From contig CM059433.1 in assembly GCA_030390025.1 (NCBI GenBank), forward strand, positions 29,328,001-29,392,000: a stretch of DNA of 64,000 bases, written 5' to 3'. This DNA is from Squalus acanthias. Its lineage: Eukaryota. The notes under the pieces are model-generated. The model was not told the DNA's origin, searched no databases, and saw nothing but the letters and a program-made list of their open reading frames with translations. Within the stretch, counting starts at the first letter, position 1; the number at the start of each line of letters is the position of its first letter. The position numbers and the translations under genes are program-made. Positions 47,166-60,311 of the stretch are shown here, piece by piece.

Positions 47166-47480
47166 TTTACAAAAGCAAAATACTGCAGATGCTGGAAAAC
47201 TGAAATAAAAACAGAAAATGCTGGAAACACTCAGCAGGTCAGGCAGCATCTGTGGAGAGAGAAACAGAGTTAATGTTTCAGGTCGATGACCCTTCGTCAG
47301 AACTGGAAAAAGTTGGAGATGTAACAGGTTTTTAAGCAAGTGCAGGGGCAGGGAGAGGGGGGAGGAGAGGAAACATCAAAAGGGAAGGTCTGTGATAGGA
47401 TGGAAGGCAGGAGAGATTAAGAGATAAAAGGGATGATGGTGCAAGGCAAAAGGAGATGGTAATGGGACAAGTTAAGAAAC
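47166..47480 (-). mobile_element. Penelope-like 3' terminus (family B) inside an L2 tail, with a hammerhead motif at 47268-47304
   Basis: Reverse complement AGTT-CTGACGA-A-GGGTC(ATC)GACCT-GAAA-CATT-AACT; the stem III CpG has decayed. Confidence 0.8.
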
Positions 47481-47560
47481 AGTTAAGACTCATCTTAAAT
47501 GCTGAGTATTTTTGCCTCTCTACCACTCACTCCTTCTTTAAGACGCTGCTTAAAACTTAG

Positions 47561-50500
47561 GGCCTAGAAATTCGTTTGCCCCTGAAAATGGGCGTGGGGA
47601 TCGTGATGTGCGAGCAACCTGTGCCCGTTTGAAGGACTGCAGGCAGCACACAACTTTTGCCTGCTCATTTGCATGATTGTTGCGTTCAGCTCAGCACTGA
47701 GCGCACTGCTGGAAGGCTGAACACTCAGCAGGGGCCCCACATTTGTGCGAGGGCAGCACCAATTAAAGCTAGCCTGCACTACTTAAAGGCAGTCTGCACC
47801 TGTTAAAGGGGAGGTGCATTCTGCCTGGAGCAGATCATTCAACTGGCTGAGGAAGACAGTGCAAAAAAATCAATGAATGATGCCACAGCAAGGGAGAGAG
47901 CATGCACCAAGGTTCTCCGATGCAGCACTACAGGCCTTGGTGCAGGAGGTCAATATGAGGAGAGAGGTCCTCTTTCCACAGGGGGCCAGGAGGCCCTCCA
48001 GGGAACAGGCCAAAGTGCTGTAGGAGCAGATAGCGACTGTGGTGAATGCCATCAGTATAGCACTGAGCACCTGGACGCAGTGCAGGAAGAAGTTTAATGA
48101 CCTCACATGAGTGGTCAAGGTCAGGGAATTAATCTTCAAATGCCATATCCCACCATCTGCACCACTAGCTTCACACACTGATCAATGCACCATACCCCCA
48201 TCACTCACCTACCAACAATCTCTACCAAACACGACTCAAGCCTCAAATTCATAGCTTCACCTCATCCTCACACACTTACCATGGCTGCAAGCCTCACATC
48301 CACATCTCATAGCTTGCACACACTGTCAGATATTCAACCATGACAGGCACATCACCCAAACACATTGCACCACACTCATGAACACACTTCCCTTTCTCGT
48401 GCAGGAAAAGATGGCGCATAACCGACACCAGCAGAAACTAATGGGCGGGGAACAGACTCGTCTGCATCACCTCACCTTCTTGGAGGAGCCAGAGCTGGCT
48501 AATTTTGGGAGGGGCATGGGTGAGCCCGTGGCCAATGGCTGGGCTGAAAGAGTACAAGATGCCGTTATCCTTATAAGTTATACTCCTTCTCACATCCCAC
48601 TTCCCCCTCATCCCACAATCTTTTCTGATTTACAATCTGCACATGGTGTAAGCATGCACCTCTTGCTTTCACCACCCCCCTCTCCTCACCACAACCCAAT
48701 CTTGTGCCTTTCTCATTTCAGATACCCAAGAAATCCAACCTGCCCAGTCAGTGGTTGTAGAAGAAGAGGAAGCGGAGCGTGATGAAGAAGAAGAAACACC
48801 ATCTCTCGATCTGACACTCGCAGCCACCAACTCAGATACTGGCGCTGTGTGGAGTTTAGAGGGTAGCTTAGAGGTGGGATCGGCACACGGTGAGTCACCG
48901 GGCACGAGTGGGCTGCAGCCAGGCTGGGGGAAAGGGTAGCGCAGGTGCCAGCTTCCCGGAGGGCGAGGTCGCACATGCATTCTACTGCAGAGGACTCAGA
49001 TGAGGAATTCGATGGGGCGGCCTACAGACGAACGCTGATGGGTATGCACAACGAAATGCTTGGCATATTGGCAGGCCTGCCAGAAAGCCTGAATGCAATG
49101 TCAAGGAGCATGGAGGAGTCCAGCACCAGCCTTGCACACAGCTTTGCGCAGAGCTTGGAGCCCATCTTTTCCAGCATGGAAGGCGTAGGCAGATCCATTA
49201 GTGCACTTGTGGGCCCAACTATCGTGCAGAGTCTGATGGGCGATGTCTCAGCTTCCATTGCAGCATAAGCAGAAGCCAGCCAACATCTGAGGGCTGCAGT
49301 GGAAGCTCTGACTGAAGTCATGCAAGCTCAGACTGCTCTCATGCCGGCTCAGCTTGCTGCCACGCAAACTCAGACTGCTTCCATCGTGGCAGGGTTTACC
49401 AGTGTGGAAAGGTGCTTGCAGGGTGTCACAGCATTAAAGCAATCTGTCCTCCAACAGATTACTAGGAATGCTGAGGTGCTGCACTGAGGCCATGGCAGTG
49501 GCTCCGTGGACCAAGAGCCTGCTGTCCTCTCTAAGGATGGTAGCATTCGGCCTCCCACCACTGCCACTCCGCCAGTGCGCTTGCTGTTGCCTGTCAGCCA
49601 GCCAGCCAGCCCAGACTGCTGCAGCCCATGCCGAGGTGGTGTAGTCTGCAGCTGGGCCTTCTAGGCCCAGAGGTGCTCAAGGTCATCCTGCAAGGCCATC
49701 TGCAGTCTCCCCCACTGAAAGTCAGCAGCCTTCCACCAGCCATGCTGCAGCCACTGGGGTAGCGCTTCATAGGAGCACTTGGACAGGCAAAGGCACACTG
49801 AAGACAGACACTAAGAGAATGCACAAGGCTGATTAGTTGACTTGGTTAGGTTATGTTGGATGGATTGATGGATAAAGTTGGATTGGAATGTTTCTTTCTG
49901 GTGGCTTTTATTTCAGCATTGTGGCCAAGAGGACGCTGTGATGATCAGTAACAGAGGGAAGGGAAGGTGTAGGACTATTGTTGAATGGGGAATTGGGGTT
50001 GCGTTCACTGGTGCCGCAGTTGGATGAGTCGATCACGGACAGCCTGGGCAGAAAGGGACTGCCTGGGTTGCCTCCTCCCTTCCGCTTCCTCCTTTTCCAC
50101 TTCCTCCTCCTTCTCTTCCACTTCCTCCTCCTCCTCTTCCTCCTCCTCCTCTTCCTCAGCTGGTCACCGTATGCTTGGTGGCAAGGGTTGGGCCCTCATG
50201 ATGGTGAGGTTGTGGAGCATGCAGCAGACGATGACAAGTCTTGAGATACGTTCTGGTGAGTACTGCAGAGCTCCTCCAGAGCAGTCCAGGAAGCGGAAGC
50301 GTTGTTTAAGGACGCCAATGATCTGCTCTATGAGATGCTGTGTGGCAGCATGCCTCTCATTGTATGCATGCTGCCCACGTGTGCGTGGGATGCGCAGCGG
50401 AGTCATGAGCCAGGTGGTCAGCAGATAGCCCTTGTCGCCCAGTAGCCACACTTTGGTTTGTCACGGTGGGTCAAAGACTGAGGGAACAGCGGACTGGCTC

Positions 50501-51338
50501 AGAATAAAAGCAACATGACTGCTGCCAAGATATAGGGCAGTCACCACCATGATGTGCTGAGCATCATCTCACATCAACTGCACATTCACCGAGTGGTAAC
50601 CTTTGCGCTTGCGGTACGTCTCAGCATTTAGATACGGCGCCCACAAAGAGCATTTGGACAGGCAAAGGCACACTGAAGACAGGCACTAAGGGAATGCACA
50701 AGGCTGACTTGGTTAGGTTATGTTGGATGGATTGATGGATAAAGTTGGATTGGAATGTTGCTTTGTGGTGGCTTTTATTTCAGCATTGTGGCCAAGAGGA
50801 CGCGTGATGGTCAGTAACAGAGGGAAGGTAAGGTGTGGGACGATTGTTGAATGGGGAATTGGGGTTGGTTTCACTCGTACTACTGTTGGATGAGTCGGTC
50901 ACGGACAGCCCGGGAAGAAAGGGGCTGTCTGGGTTGCCTCCTCCCTTCTGCTTCCGCCTCTTCCTCCTTCTCCTCCTTCTCCTCCTCCTCAGGTGGTTGC
51001 CGTATGCCTGGCGGCAAGGGCTATGCCCTCATGGTGGCAAGATTGTGTACCATGCAGCAGACCATGATGATTCTTGAGACGCATTCTGCAGGACTCCTCC
51101 AGAGCAGTCCAGGTAGTGGAAGCATTGTTTAAGGACGCCAGTGGTGTGCTCTATCAGATTCCCTGTGGCAGCATGGCTCTCATTGTACACATGCTGCCCA
51201 CGTGTGGTTGGTTTGCGGAGCGGAGTCTGAGCCAGATGGTCAGCGGATAGCTCTTGTCGCCCAGTAGCCACCCTTTGGTGTTTTGGTCTTGGTGGCTCAA
51301 AGACTACACTGGGCGTTACGCAATTGAATTTTTAGCCC
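47561..51338 (+). mobile_element. Rearranged Harbinger: spliced Myb remnant plus two partial transposase 3' ends
   Basis: TIR GGCCTAGAAATTC versus reverse complement GGGCTAAAAATTC; TAG TSD; the L2 tail rejoins across it. Myb exons ~47873-48119, from 48405 and from 48722. Transposase [10 protein letters not shown]...[16 protein letters not shown]...CCMLHNL on the minus strand. Confidence 0.88.
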
Positions 51339-52616
51339 TAGCTCTTTAACCAAGTGTTTGATCACCTGCCCTAATGTCTCCTTCTTTGGCTAGGAGTCAA
51401 TTTTTGGCTGATATCACTCCTGGGACGTTTCACTATGCTAAAGGCGCTATATAAATGCAAGTTGTTATATTTGTGAGTGGATAAAAAATGCATATTGAAC
51501 TAAATGGTTTGTAGAGCAGATTGTCAAGGGTTCTTGATGCGTTGGCGATGATTATGGAGAGCTGTCCTCGTGTAGTGGTTGTTTGAGACTTTACTTCAAA
51601 TTGATGACAACAAATTGTTGATTCAGTAAATATTGTACCAATAGATAATAGATCTAAGTACCAGCGTAAAGGGTGATTATTGCGATTGAGTTCAGAATCG
51701 CAGCCATACATCAGACAGTATTTATTTTCTAGGCACCTCTTGAAGCACCCGAATACAACCACATCTATTTCACCTGATCGGGATTTGCCTTTCAGTAGCA
51801 ATTACATCTCATATTTAGGGGTTAGGTCGCAATTGATTTAAGTAGAGGTGAAACAGTCTGTTCTAAGAGCAGAATTAAAAGAGGGAGCTTTAAAGTTCAC
51901 ATTGATTAATAATATTGATGTTACGATTCTGGAACGGTTAGTGGACCGAGAGACACCAGATAAAACATTCGATGCTGTCTCAAGCACAGCAGAGGGCCAA
52001 ATTGATTGAACGTGCTTCAAAAAAAAACCGGAGAATAAAGACAGCATGATTTATTGATGCTATATAGATTAATTTGATGCCACATTGCGCCGTAAAGCTC
52101 AATAGTGCTGTTGATTTGTGGGATCTCTCAATGTAGTCAGGAAATATAGTGAAGTGGATATGTCATGGTTATTGAGTTATAAAACAAAGTCTTGTAGCTT
52201 TTATTTAAAAATTTGTGCTCAGAATGGTTAAATGTAACCCCCCCACCTCCCCGCACCCCAACAGTGAGTTTAAAGAGTTCACACTGACTGTCAAACCGCT
52301 AGTCAATATTATTTGAATCATGCAATAACTAGCATGCTTAGTGATATATGTCCACGAGTTTTGCATTAAACAAGAAGAAAAATGTAAGACAATAATAAAA
52401 ACCAAAAATCACTTCTTTTGTGCTGTGGCTGCCGGCAATATATTTACTTAAAGGATTGAGAGCATCAAATGAAAACTTCTCTCTTTAGGGTGGTAAGGAC
52501 ACAGGCTGTCAGAGGACCGCTTATAAACAGCGATGGAATTGTTTTCTCAGCTTCAATTCCCGAAGCTTGAGGCTAAGCAGGTTTGACCTTTTAACAAATT
52601 GAATGCTTTCCTCTAG

Positions 52617-52759
52617 GTCACGGTGCTGTGCTGAATGCTGATGGTGATGTTGAGCTTGACGCAATCATTATGGACGGTAAAACACTTGCCTCCGGAGCAA
52701 TCTCCTGTGTTAAGAACATTTCTAATCCGGTGACACTTGCCCGCTCGGTCATGGACAAG
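52617..52759 (+). CDS. ASRGL1: Isoaspartyl peptidase/L-asparaginase (ASRGL1-like), second coding exon
   Basis: Acceptor CCTCTAG, 143 nt, donor AAG|GTACAG. Encodes (G)HGAVLNADGDVELDAIIMDGKTLASGAISCVKNISNPVTLARSVMDK, in frame with the phase-1 end of exon 4356-4542. Confidence 0.93.
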
Positions 52760-52889
52760 GTACAGCTTTTCCCATTTCTTTTATTGCAGAAAATGCTTCA
52801 GTCAGCGGTCTCTTTTCCAAAGCAACATAAATAGAAAACCTCCGGGACAAATGAGTTCATGTTACTGACTAACAGACATCTAAGTAAGG

Positions 52890-53620
52890 TGTCAGCCCTG
52901 GCTCAGTTCGTAAAACTCACGCCTCTGAGTTAGAAGGTCTTGGGTTCAAGGCGCACTCCATAAGACTTAATCCAGGCTGACAATTCAGTGCAGTACTGAG
53001 GGAGTGCTGCACTGTTGGAGGTGCCGTCTTTTGGATGAGAAGTCCCGTCTGCTCTTTCAGGTGGATGTAAAAGATCCTATTGCACTATTTCTAGATATTA
53101 AAGGGAACAGATAGGGTAGATAGAGAGAAACTATTTCCACTGGTTGGGGAATTTAGGACTAGGAGGTATAGTCTAAAAATTAGAGCTAGACCTTTCAGGA
53201 GTGAAATTAGGAAACACTTCTACACACAAAGGGCGGTAGAAGTTTGGAACTCTCTTCCACAAACGGCAATTGATGCTAGATCAGGTGTTAATTTTAAATC
53301 GGAGATTGCTAGCTTTCTGTTAACCAAAGGTATTAAGGGAGCTAGGTCACAGATCAGCCATGATCTCTGAATGGCAGAGCAGGCTCGAGGGGCTGAATGG
53401 CCTACTCCTGTTCCTATATTCCTATGTTCCTATTTCGAAGAAGAGCGGGGAAGTTATCCTCCTCTCCTGGCCAATATTTATCCCTCAACCAATATCATTG
53501 GTCCTTATCATATTGGGACCTTGCATTGGGCAAATTGACTGCCGTGTTTCCTACATTACAACAGTGACAATACTTAAAAAGTCCCGAGGTTGTGAAAGGC
53601 ACTACATGAATGCAAGTTTT
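52890..53620 (+). mobile_element. Deu-domain SINE interrupted by a CR1 3' fragment (~53091-53430)
   Basis: The SINE stops at GCACTATTTC and resumes CTATTTCGAAGAAGAGC. The insert has FYTQRAVEVWNSLP and a CR1 tail. Confidence 0.75.
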
Positions 53621-53884
53621 TTCACTTTTCTAAATCATGGAGGGTTATTTGAACCTAACAGCAAACCAGGTACCCCAGTCCTTACTCTCTGCATTGCCAT
53701 CACTGTTACAAGTTGTCATCCAGCAATAAAAGGCACTTGCTGCTATAGCCGGTGGCATTTCCATTCTTGGTGCATCATGAATTGGGCCTCATCACCTGCA
53801 ATTACTGTGGCAGGAGCATTATTTATAATGTGGACTAATCAAGTCTATTGGCCAAAAAATTATAACATTTCTTATTGTTAGTAC

Positions 53885-55210
53885 GAGGAAGGTGCTGTGG
53901 GAATGGGTGTGGTAATTGGGGGTGATGAAGAGTGGGTGTCGCAGAGGGAACGTTTCCTTCAGAATGCTGAAAGGGGAGGTGAGGGGAAGATGCGTTTGGT
54001 GATGGCATCACGCTGGAGGTGGCGGAAATGATGGAGGATGATCTGTTGAATGTGAAGGCTGGTGAGATGAAAGATGAGGACAAGGGGAAACCTATCATGG
54101 TTTTGGGAGGGAGGGGAAGGGGTGAGAGCAGAAGTGTGGGAAATGGAACGGACACGGTTGAGGGCCCTGTCAACCATGGTGGGGGGAATCCTCGTTTGAG
54201 GAAAAAGGAAGCATTGGTATGGAAGGTGGCATCGTCAGAACAGATGCAATGGAGATGCAGAAACTGGGAGAATGGAATAGAGTCCTTACAGGAAGCGGGA
54301 GTGGGACGAAGTGTAATGAAGGTAGCTGTGGGAGTCAGTGGGCTTATATTAGTTTGGTTGACAGCTTATCCTCAGAAATGGAGACAGAGAAGTCGAGGAA
54401 GGGAAGGGAAGAGTCAGAGATGAACCATGTGAAGGCGAGGGAGGGATGAAATTTGAAGCAAAGTTGATGACGTTTTCCAGTTCGGGGGCAAGAGCAGGAA
54501 ATGGCACCGAGACAGTCATCAATGTACCAGAAAAAAAGGTGGGGGAGGGGACCTGAGTAGGACTGGAACAAAGAAATAGCTAGGATCATGTGAGTTCCCA
54601 TAGCAACACCTTTTATTTGGATGAAGTGAGAGGAGTCGAAGGAGGTGTTCGACGTAAGAATAAGTTCAGCCAGGTTGAGGAGGGTGGTGGTGGATGAATA
54701 CTGGTTGGGCGTCCATTCAAGGAAGAAGTGGAGTGACCTCAGGTCATCCTGGTGGGGGATGGAGGTGTAGAGGGACTGGACATTCAGGGTGAAAAGGAGA
54801 TGGTTAGGGCCAGGAAACTGAAATCTGTTAAAGTGGTGGAGAGTGTCAGAAGAGTTGTGTGCATAGGTGGGAAGAGACTGGGATAGAAATAAATCAGTTC
54901 CATGGGGCAAGAACAGGCTGAAATGATGTGTCTACCAGGGCAGTCCTGTTTGTGGATCTGGGGAAGGATTTAGAAGCGGGCCGTGCTGGGTTGGGGGCCT
55001 ATTAGGTTGAAGGCCGAGGGGGGAACTCTCTAGAGGAGATAAGGTCAGTGACAGTCTGGGAAACGATAACTTGATGTTTGGTGGTGGGGTCATGGTCCAG
55101 GGAAGGTAGGAGGAGGTGTCGGAGAGTTAACGTTCAGCCTCCGCAAGGTAGAGGTCTGTTTTCAAACAAGAACAGTGCTGCCCTTGTCAGCAAGTTTAAT
55201 GACAATGTCT
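53885..55210 (-). mobile_element. Degenerate Penelope-like RT fragment
   Basis: LLFTLNVQSLYTSIPH, QIKGVAMGTHM, WYIDDC, DRFPLVLIFH. Confidence 0.8.
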
Positions 55211-55694
55211 GGTTGGTTGCAGAGTAGAGCTCTTTAAGCCAACAAAGTGTCTCAGGCCTAACCTCAGAAAAACAACCCTTACTGCACTGTTACGACATTT
55301 TAAATATTCTGCACTAGCCATTTCATGGGTGGGGTAGCTAATGATTATGGTACTGGACTAATAGACCTGAGGTCATCAGATCTAATTGTAAATTATGAAT
55401 TTGAATTTGTGGGCTAGCCCAGACAATGGACTATGAGAAGGTGTTAGATTGGCCCCTTAAGGGAATGGAGCTTACCGCCCACCTGGCCTGGCCCACACAG
55501 GACTCCAGTCCCACAACATGTGGTTGGCTGTTACCACCTCTGAAGTGACCCTACATCACGAATTTAAAAAATAAATTGTGGTCTTTCTAATTACGATTGT
55601 CAATCTCGGGGCAGAATTAAGGACAGTTTTGAGGTGTGAGCTGCCCAAATTCATTCACAAAGGATCCTTACATCTAACAAGACAGAGGAAACCT

Positions 55695-55895
55695 TCATCC
55701 TTAACCAACATCACTAAAACAGATTATCTGGTCATTATCACATTGCTGTTTGTGGGAGCTTGCTGTGCACAAATTGGCTGCCGCGTTTCCTACATTACAA
55801 CAATGACTACACTTCAACAAGTACTTCATTGGCTGTAAAGTGCACTGAGACATCCTGAGGTTGTGAAATGTGCTATAAAAATGCGAGTCCTTTCT
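55695..55895 (+). mobile_element. Deu-domain SINE 3' half
   Basis: Matches 44945-45150. Confidence 0.7.
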
Positions 55896-55939
55896 TGTTT
55901 TTTACCTATACTGCCAGCTTTGACCTAGTTACAATTACT

Positions 55940-57670
55940 TCATAAGAACATAAGAATTAGGAGCAGGAGTAGGCCATATGGCCCCTTGAGCCTGCTCCGC
56001 CATTCAATAAGATCATGGCTGATCTTTGACCTCAACTCCACTTTCCTGCCCTATCGCCATATCCCTTAATTCCTCTGGAGTCCAAAATTCTATCTAACTC
56101 AGCCTTGAATATACTCAACAACTGAGCATCCACAGCCATTTGGGGCAGAGAATTCCAAAGATTCACAACCCTCTGAGTGAAGAAATTTCTCCTCATCTCA
56201 GTCTTAAAAGGCCGGCCCCTTATCCTGAGACTATGCCCCCTAGTTCTAGACTCTCAGGCAGGGGAAACAACCTCTCAGCATCTATCCTGTAAATCCCTCT
56301 CAGAATCTTATATGTTTCAATGAGATCTCATTCTTCTAATCTCCAGAGAATATAGGCCCAAACTACTCAATCTCTCCTCATAAGACAACCCTCTCATCCC
56401 AGGGATCAATCTAGTGAACCTTCATTGCACCGCCTCCAAGGCAAGTATATCCTTCCTCAGATAAGGAGACCAAAACTGTGCACAGTACTCCGGGTGTGGT
56501 CTCACCAGAGCCCTGTACAATTGTAGCAAGACTTCCTTACTCTTGTACTCCAACCCCTCTAGCAATAAGGGCCAACATGCCTTTTGCTTTCCCTAATTGC
56601 TTGCTGTACCTGCATGCTACCTCTCTGAATTTCTTATACTAGGACACCCAAATCTCTCTGAACAGCAGCATTTAATAGTTTCTCACCATTTAAAAAATAT
56701 TCTGCTTTTCTATTCTTCCTACCAAAGTGAATAACCTCACATTTCCCCACATTATACTCCATTTGCCATCTTATTGCCCACTCACTTAACCTGTCTATAT
56801 CTCTTTCAGGCTCTTTGCATCCTCCTCACATCTTACTTTTCCACCTAGCTTTGTATCATCAGCAATCTTGGATACATTGCTCTCGGTCCCTTCTTCTAAG
56901 TCATTAATATAGATTGTAAATAGCTGAGGCCTAAGCACTGATCCTTGCGGCACCCCACTAGTTACAGCCTGCCAATCTGAAAATGACCCGTTTATCCCTA
57001 CTCTCTGTTTTCTGTCTGGTGACCAATCCTTTATCCATGCTAATACTTTACCCCCAACCCCATGTGCCCTTATCTTGCTTAACAACATTTTATGTGGCAC
57101 CTTATCGAATGCCTTTGGAAATCCAAATATACTACATCCATGGGTCCCCTTTATCTACCCTGCTAGTTACATCCTCAAAAAATTCTAATAAATTTGTCAA
57201 ACACGATTTACCTTTCATAAAACCATGTTGACTCTGCCTAATCATATTATGATTTTCTAAGTACCCTGTTACCACTTCCTTAATAAAGGATTCCAGCATT
57301 TTCCCGACGACTGATGTCAGGCTAACTGGCCTGTAGTTCCCTGTTTTCTCTCTCCCTCCTTTCTTGAATAGCGGGGTTACATTTGCGACCTTCCAATCCG
57401 CTGGGACCGTTCTAGAATCTAGGGAATTTTGGAAGATCACAACCAATGCATCCACTATCCCTGCAGCCACCTCTTTTAGAACCCTAGGATGTAGGCCATC
57501 AGGTCCAGGGGATTTATCGGCTTTTAGTCCCATTAGTTTCTCAAGTACTTTTCCTCTACTGATATTAATTACTTTAAGTTCCTCACCCTCATTAGACCCT
57601 TGGTTCCCCACTATTTTTGGTATACATTTTGTGTCTTCTACTGTGATGACAGATACAAAATATTTGTTTA
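55940..57670 (-). mobile_element. CR1 LINE RT and 3' end
   Basis: [42 protein letters not shown]1 tail. Confidence 0.9.
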
Positions 57671-60311
57671 AAGTTCCAAACGCAGGTTAAATTTAAATGT
57701 TAAGAGAGAATCCAATGTGCTGACTGGCTTCTCCTGACATTAAAACAGGTCCAAAATTAAGTTTAACATGTTGTCAGGTGGTCACCAGCCAATTTCTGAA
57801 TTTGTCTTCATAGGTGCAGTTATACTGCACCCAGTGCACGGTCTAAGTGTCTCTTGCCTTTTGTGTGGCTTGCATTCAGATCGCCGAGTTAAATCACCAA
57901 TTTTGTATCAATGTGCATCTAAAGTATTTCACGTTGACACAAAAGAGGTAGGGCCCGAAAATCCGATGGTTCGGTAGGGCGTAAACCCATCCATCGAAGG
58001 GGTCGAAGTTTAGGACTTAGGATCTTCCGGTATTAAGCCTCATTTAAGTTCCGTTCTAAATTCCCTGGAGGCGAGGGAGCGTGAAAGATGCAGCTGTCCC
58101 AGCTGAGGTACTGCTATGGAAATGATGGGTTTGAGGTCGTGAAAGGTGCCATATAACTGCAAGTCCTTTCATTTTATGATGTAAACTGGAAGGTTTCTTT
58201 TTAACTAAACATTTCTTTTGCAAATTCTGCAGTCATCAAAGTGAGGGATGTTAGCGCTAGGAAATCGAACACTTTCCAGTATCAGCAAGAAGCAGCCTCA
58301 AGTACGGCGCAGTTAACTGCTTAGGTAAAGTCAGTGTTACTGCGTTCCCAGTATGGAGACTTGTTCGAACCACAGAGCAGGTCACAGAGTCAGTCCAGTA
58401 ATTTCAATGGGCCTATCTGCAACCCACACTGGTGTCAAACAAAGGCACTGCACAGGGAGTGTGGCACTGCTGGATTTACAATGCTGATTAAAGCTCCTGT
58501 CACTCTTCTGCAAAACTGTACCGCAGCCTCAACCTCACAAGACCACCCACTGTTGCAACAATGTGACAATATCACAATTTCGCCACCCCGCCCCTCCCCC
58601 AAAACCCCCACCACATCAGCCATTCCGTGGCCTCTCTGAATGACAATGCAGGCTGGAGTCCAAATCAGGAATTGCATCGGGCCAAGGCTCCAGTATTCAC
58701 TAGAAGAATCATAAGAACATAAGACGTAGGAGCAGGAGTAGGTCATTTGGCCCCTCGAGCCTGCTCCGTCATTCAATAAGATCATGGCTGATCTGATCTT
58801 GGCCTCAACTCCACTTCCCTGCCCGCTCCCCATAACCCTTGACTCCCTTATCGTTCAAAAATCTGTCAATCTCCACCTTAAATATATTCAATGACCCAAC
58901 CTCCACAACTCTCTGGGGAAGAGAATTCCAAAGATTCATGACCCTCTGAGAGAAGAAATTCCTCCTCATTTCCGATTTAAAAGGGTGCCCCCTTATTCTG
59001 AAATTATGCCTCCTAGTTCTAGATTTCCCCCCTAGGGGAAACATCCTCTTTGCATCTACTCTGTCGAGCCCCTTCAGAATCTAGTATGTTTCAATAAGAT
59101 CCCCTCTCATTCTTCTAAACTCCAATGAGTACAGGCCCAACCAGCTCAACTTTTCTTCATAAGACAACCCCTTCATCTCCGGAATCAACCTCGTGAACCT
59201 TCTCTGAACTGCCTCCAATGCAAGTATATCCTTCCTTAAATAAGGAGACCAAAACTGTAAGCAGTACTCCAGGTGTGGTCTCACCAACGCCCTGCACAGT
59301 TGTAACAGGACTTCCCTACTTTTATACTCCATTCCCTTTGTAATAAAGGCCAACACTCCATTTGCCTTCCTAATTACTTGCTGTACCTGCATGCTAACTT
59401 TTTGTGATTCATGTACAAGGACCCCCAGATCCCTCTGTACCTCAGCATTTTGTAATCTCTCCCCATTTAAATAATAATTTGCTTTTTTATGTTTCCTACC
59501 AAAGTGGATAACCTCGCATTTTCCCACATTAAACTCCATCTGCCAGATTTTTGCCCACTCACTTAGCCTATCTATATCCCTTTGGAGATTCTTTGTGTCC
59601 GCCACACAAATTGCTTTCCCACCTATCTTTGTATCATCAGCAAATTTGGCTACATTACACTCAGTCCCTTCATCCAAATAAGGAGACCAAAACTGTGCAC
59701 AGTACTCCAGGTGTCGTCTCACCAAGGCCCTGTACAATTGTAGCAAGACTTCCTTACTGTTATACTCCAAACCACTTGCAATAAAGGCCAACATGCCATT
59801 TGCCTTCCTTATTGCTTGCTGTACCTGCATGCTAGCTTTCTGTATTTCTTGCACGAGGACACCCAAATCTTTCTGAACACCAACATTTGAAAGTTTCTCA
59901 CCATTTAAAAAATATTCTGTTTTTCTATTCTTCCTACCAAAGTGAATAACCTCAAATTCCTACATTATACTCCATCTGCTACCTTACTGCCCACTCACTT
60001 AGTCTATCTATATCCCTTTGCAGACTCTTTGGGCTGAATTTTGTCAGTGTGGGCGGGCTGGGGCGTGTCAGGTGGAAATCGTGTCAGGACCCCGACTCCG
60101 AAGTGAAGTGCTGAAAAAGTGGGATTTTCCCCTAATTTGGGCAATTGATTTCCTGCGTGTGGGAACACCTGGCCCAATGAGCCTTTTCATACAGAAAGTC
60201 GCCTCCGATGACATCATCAGTGCTGCTGGATTTAAGACCTGCAAGCAGCCTTGCTTCCTCTGGAGACTGCACAGGCTCTGCAAATTGTATGAAGGTGTTG
60301 ATTTCCCGACA

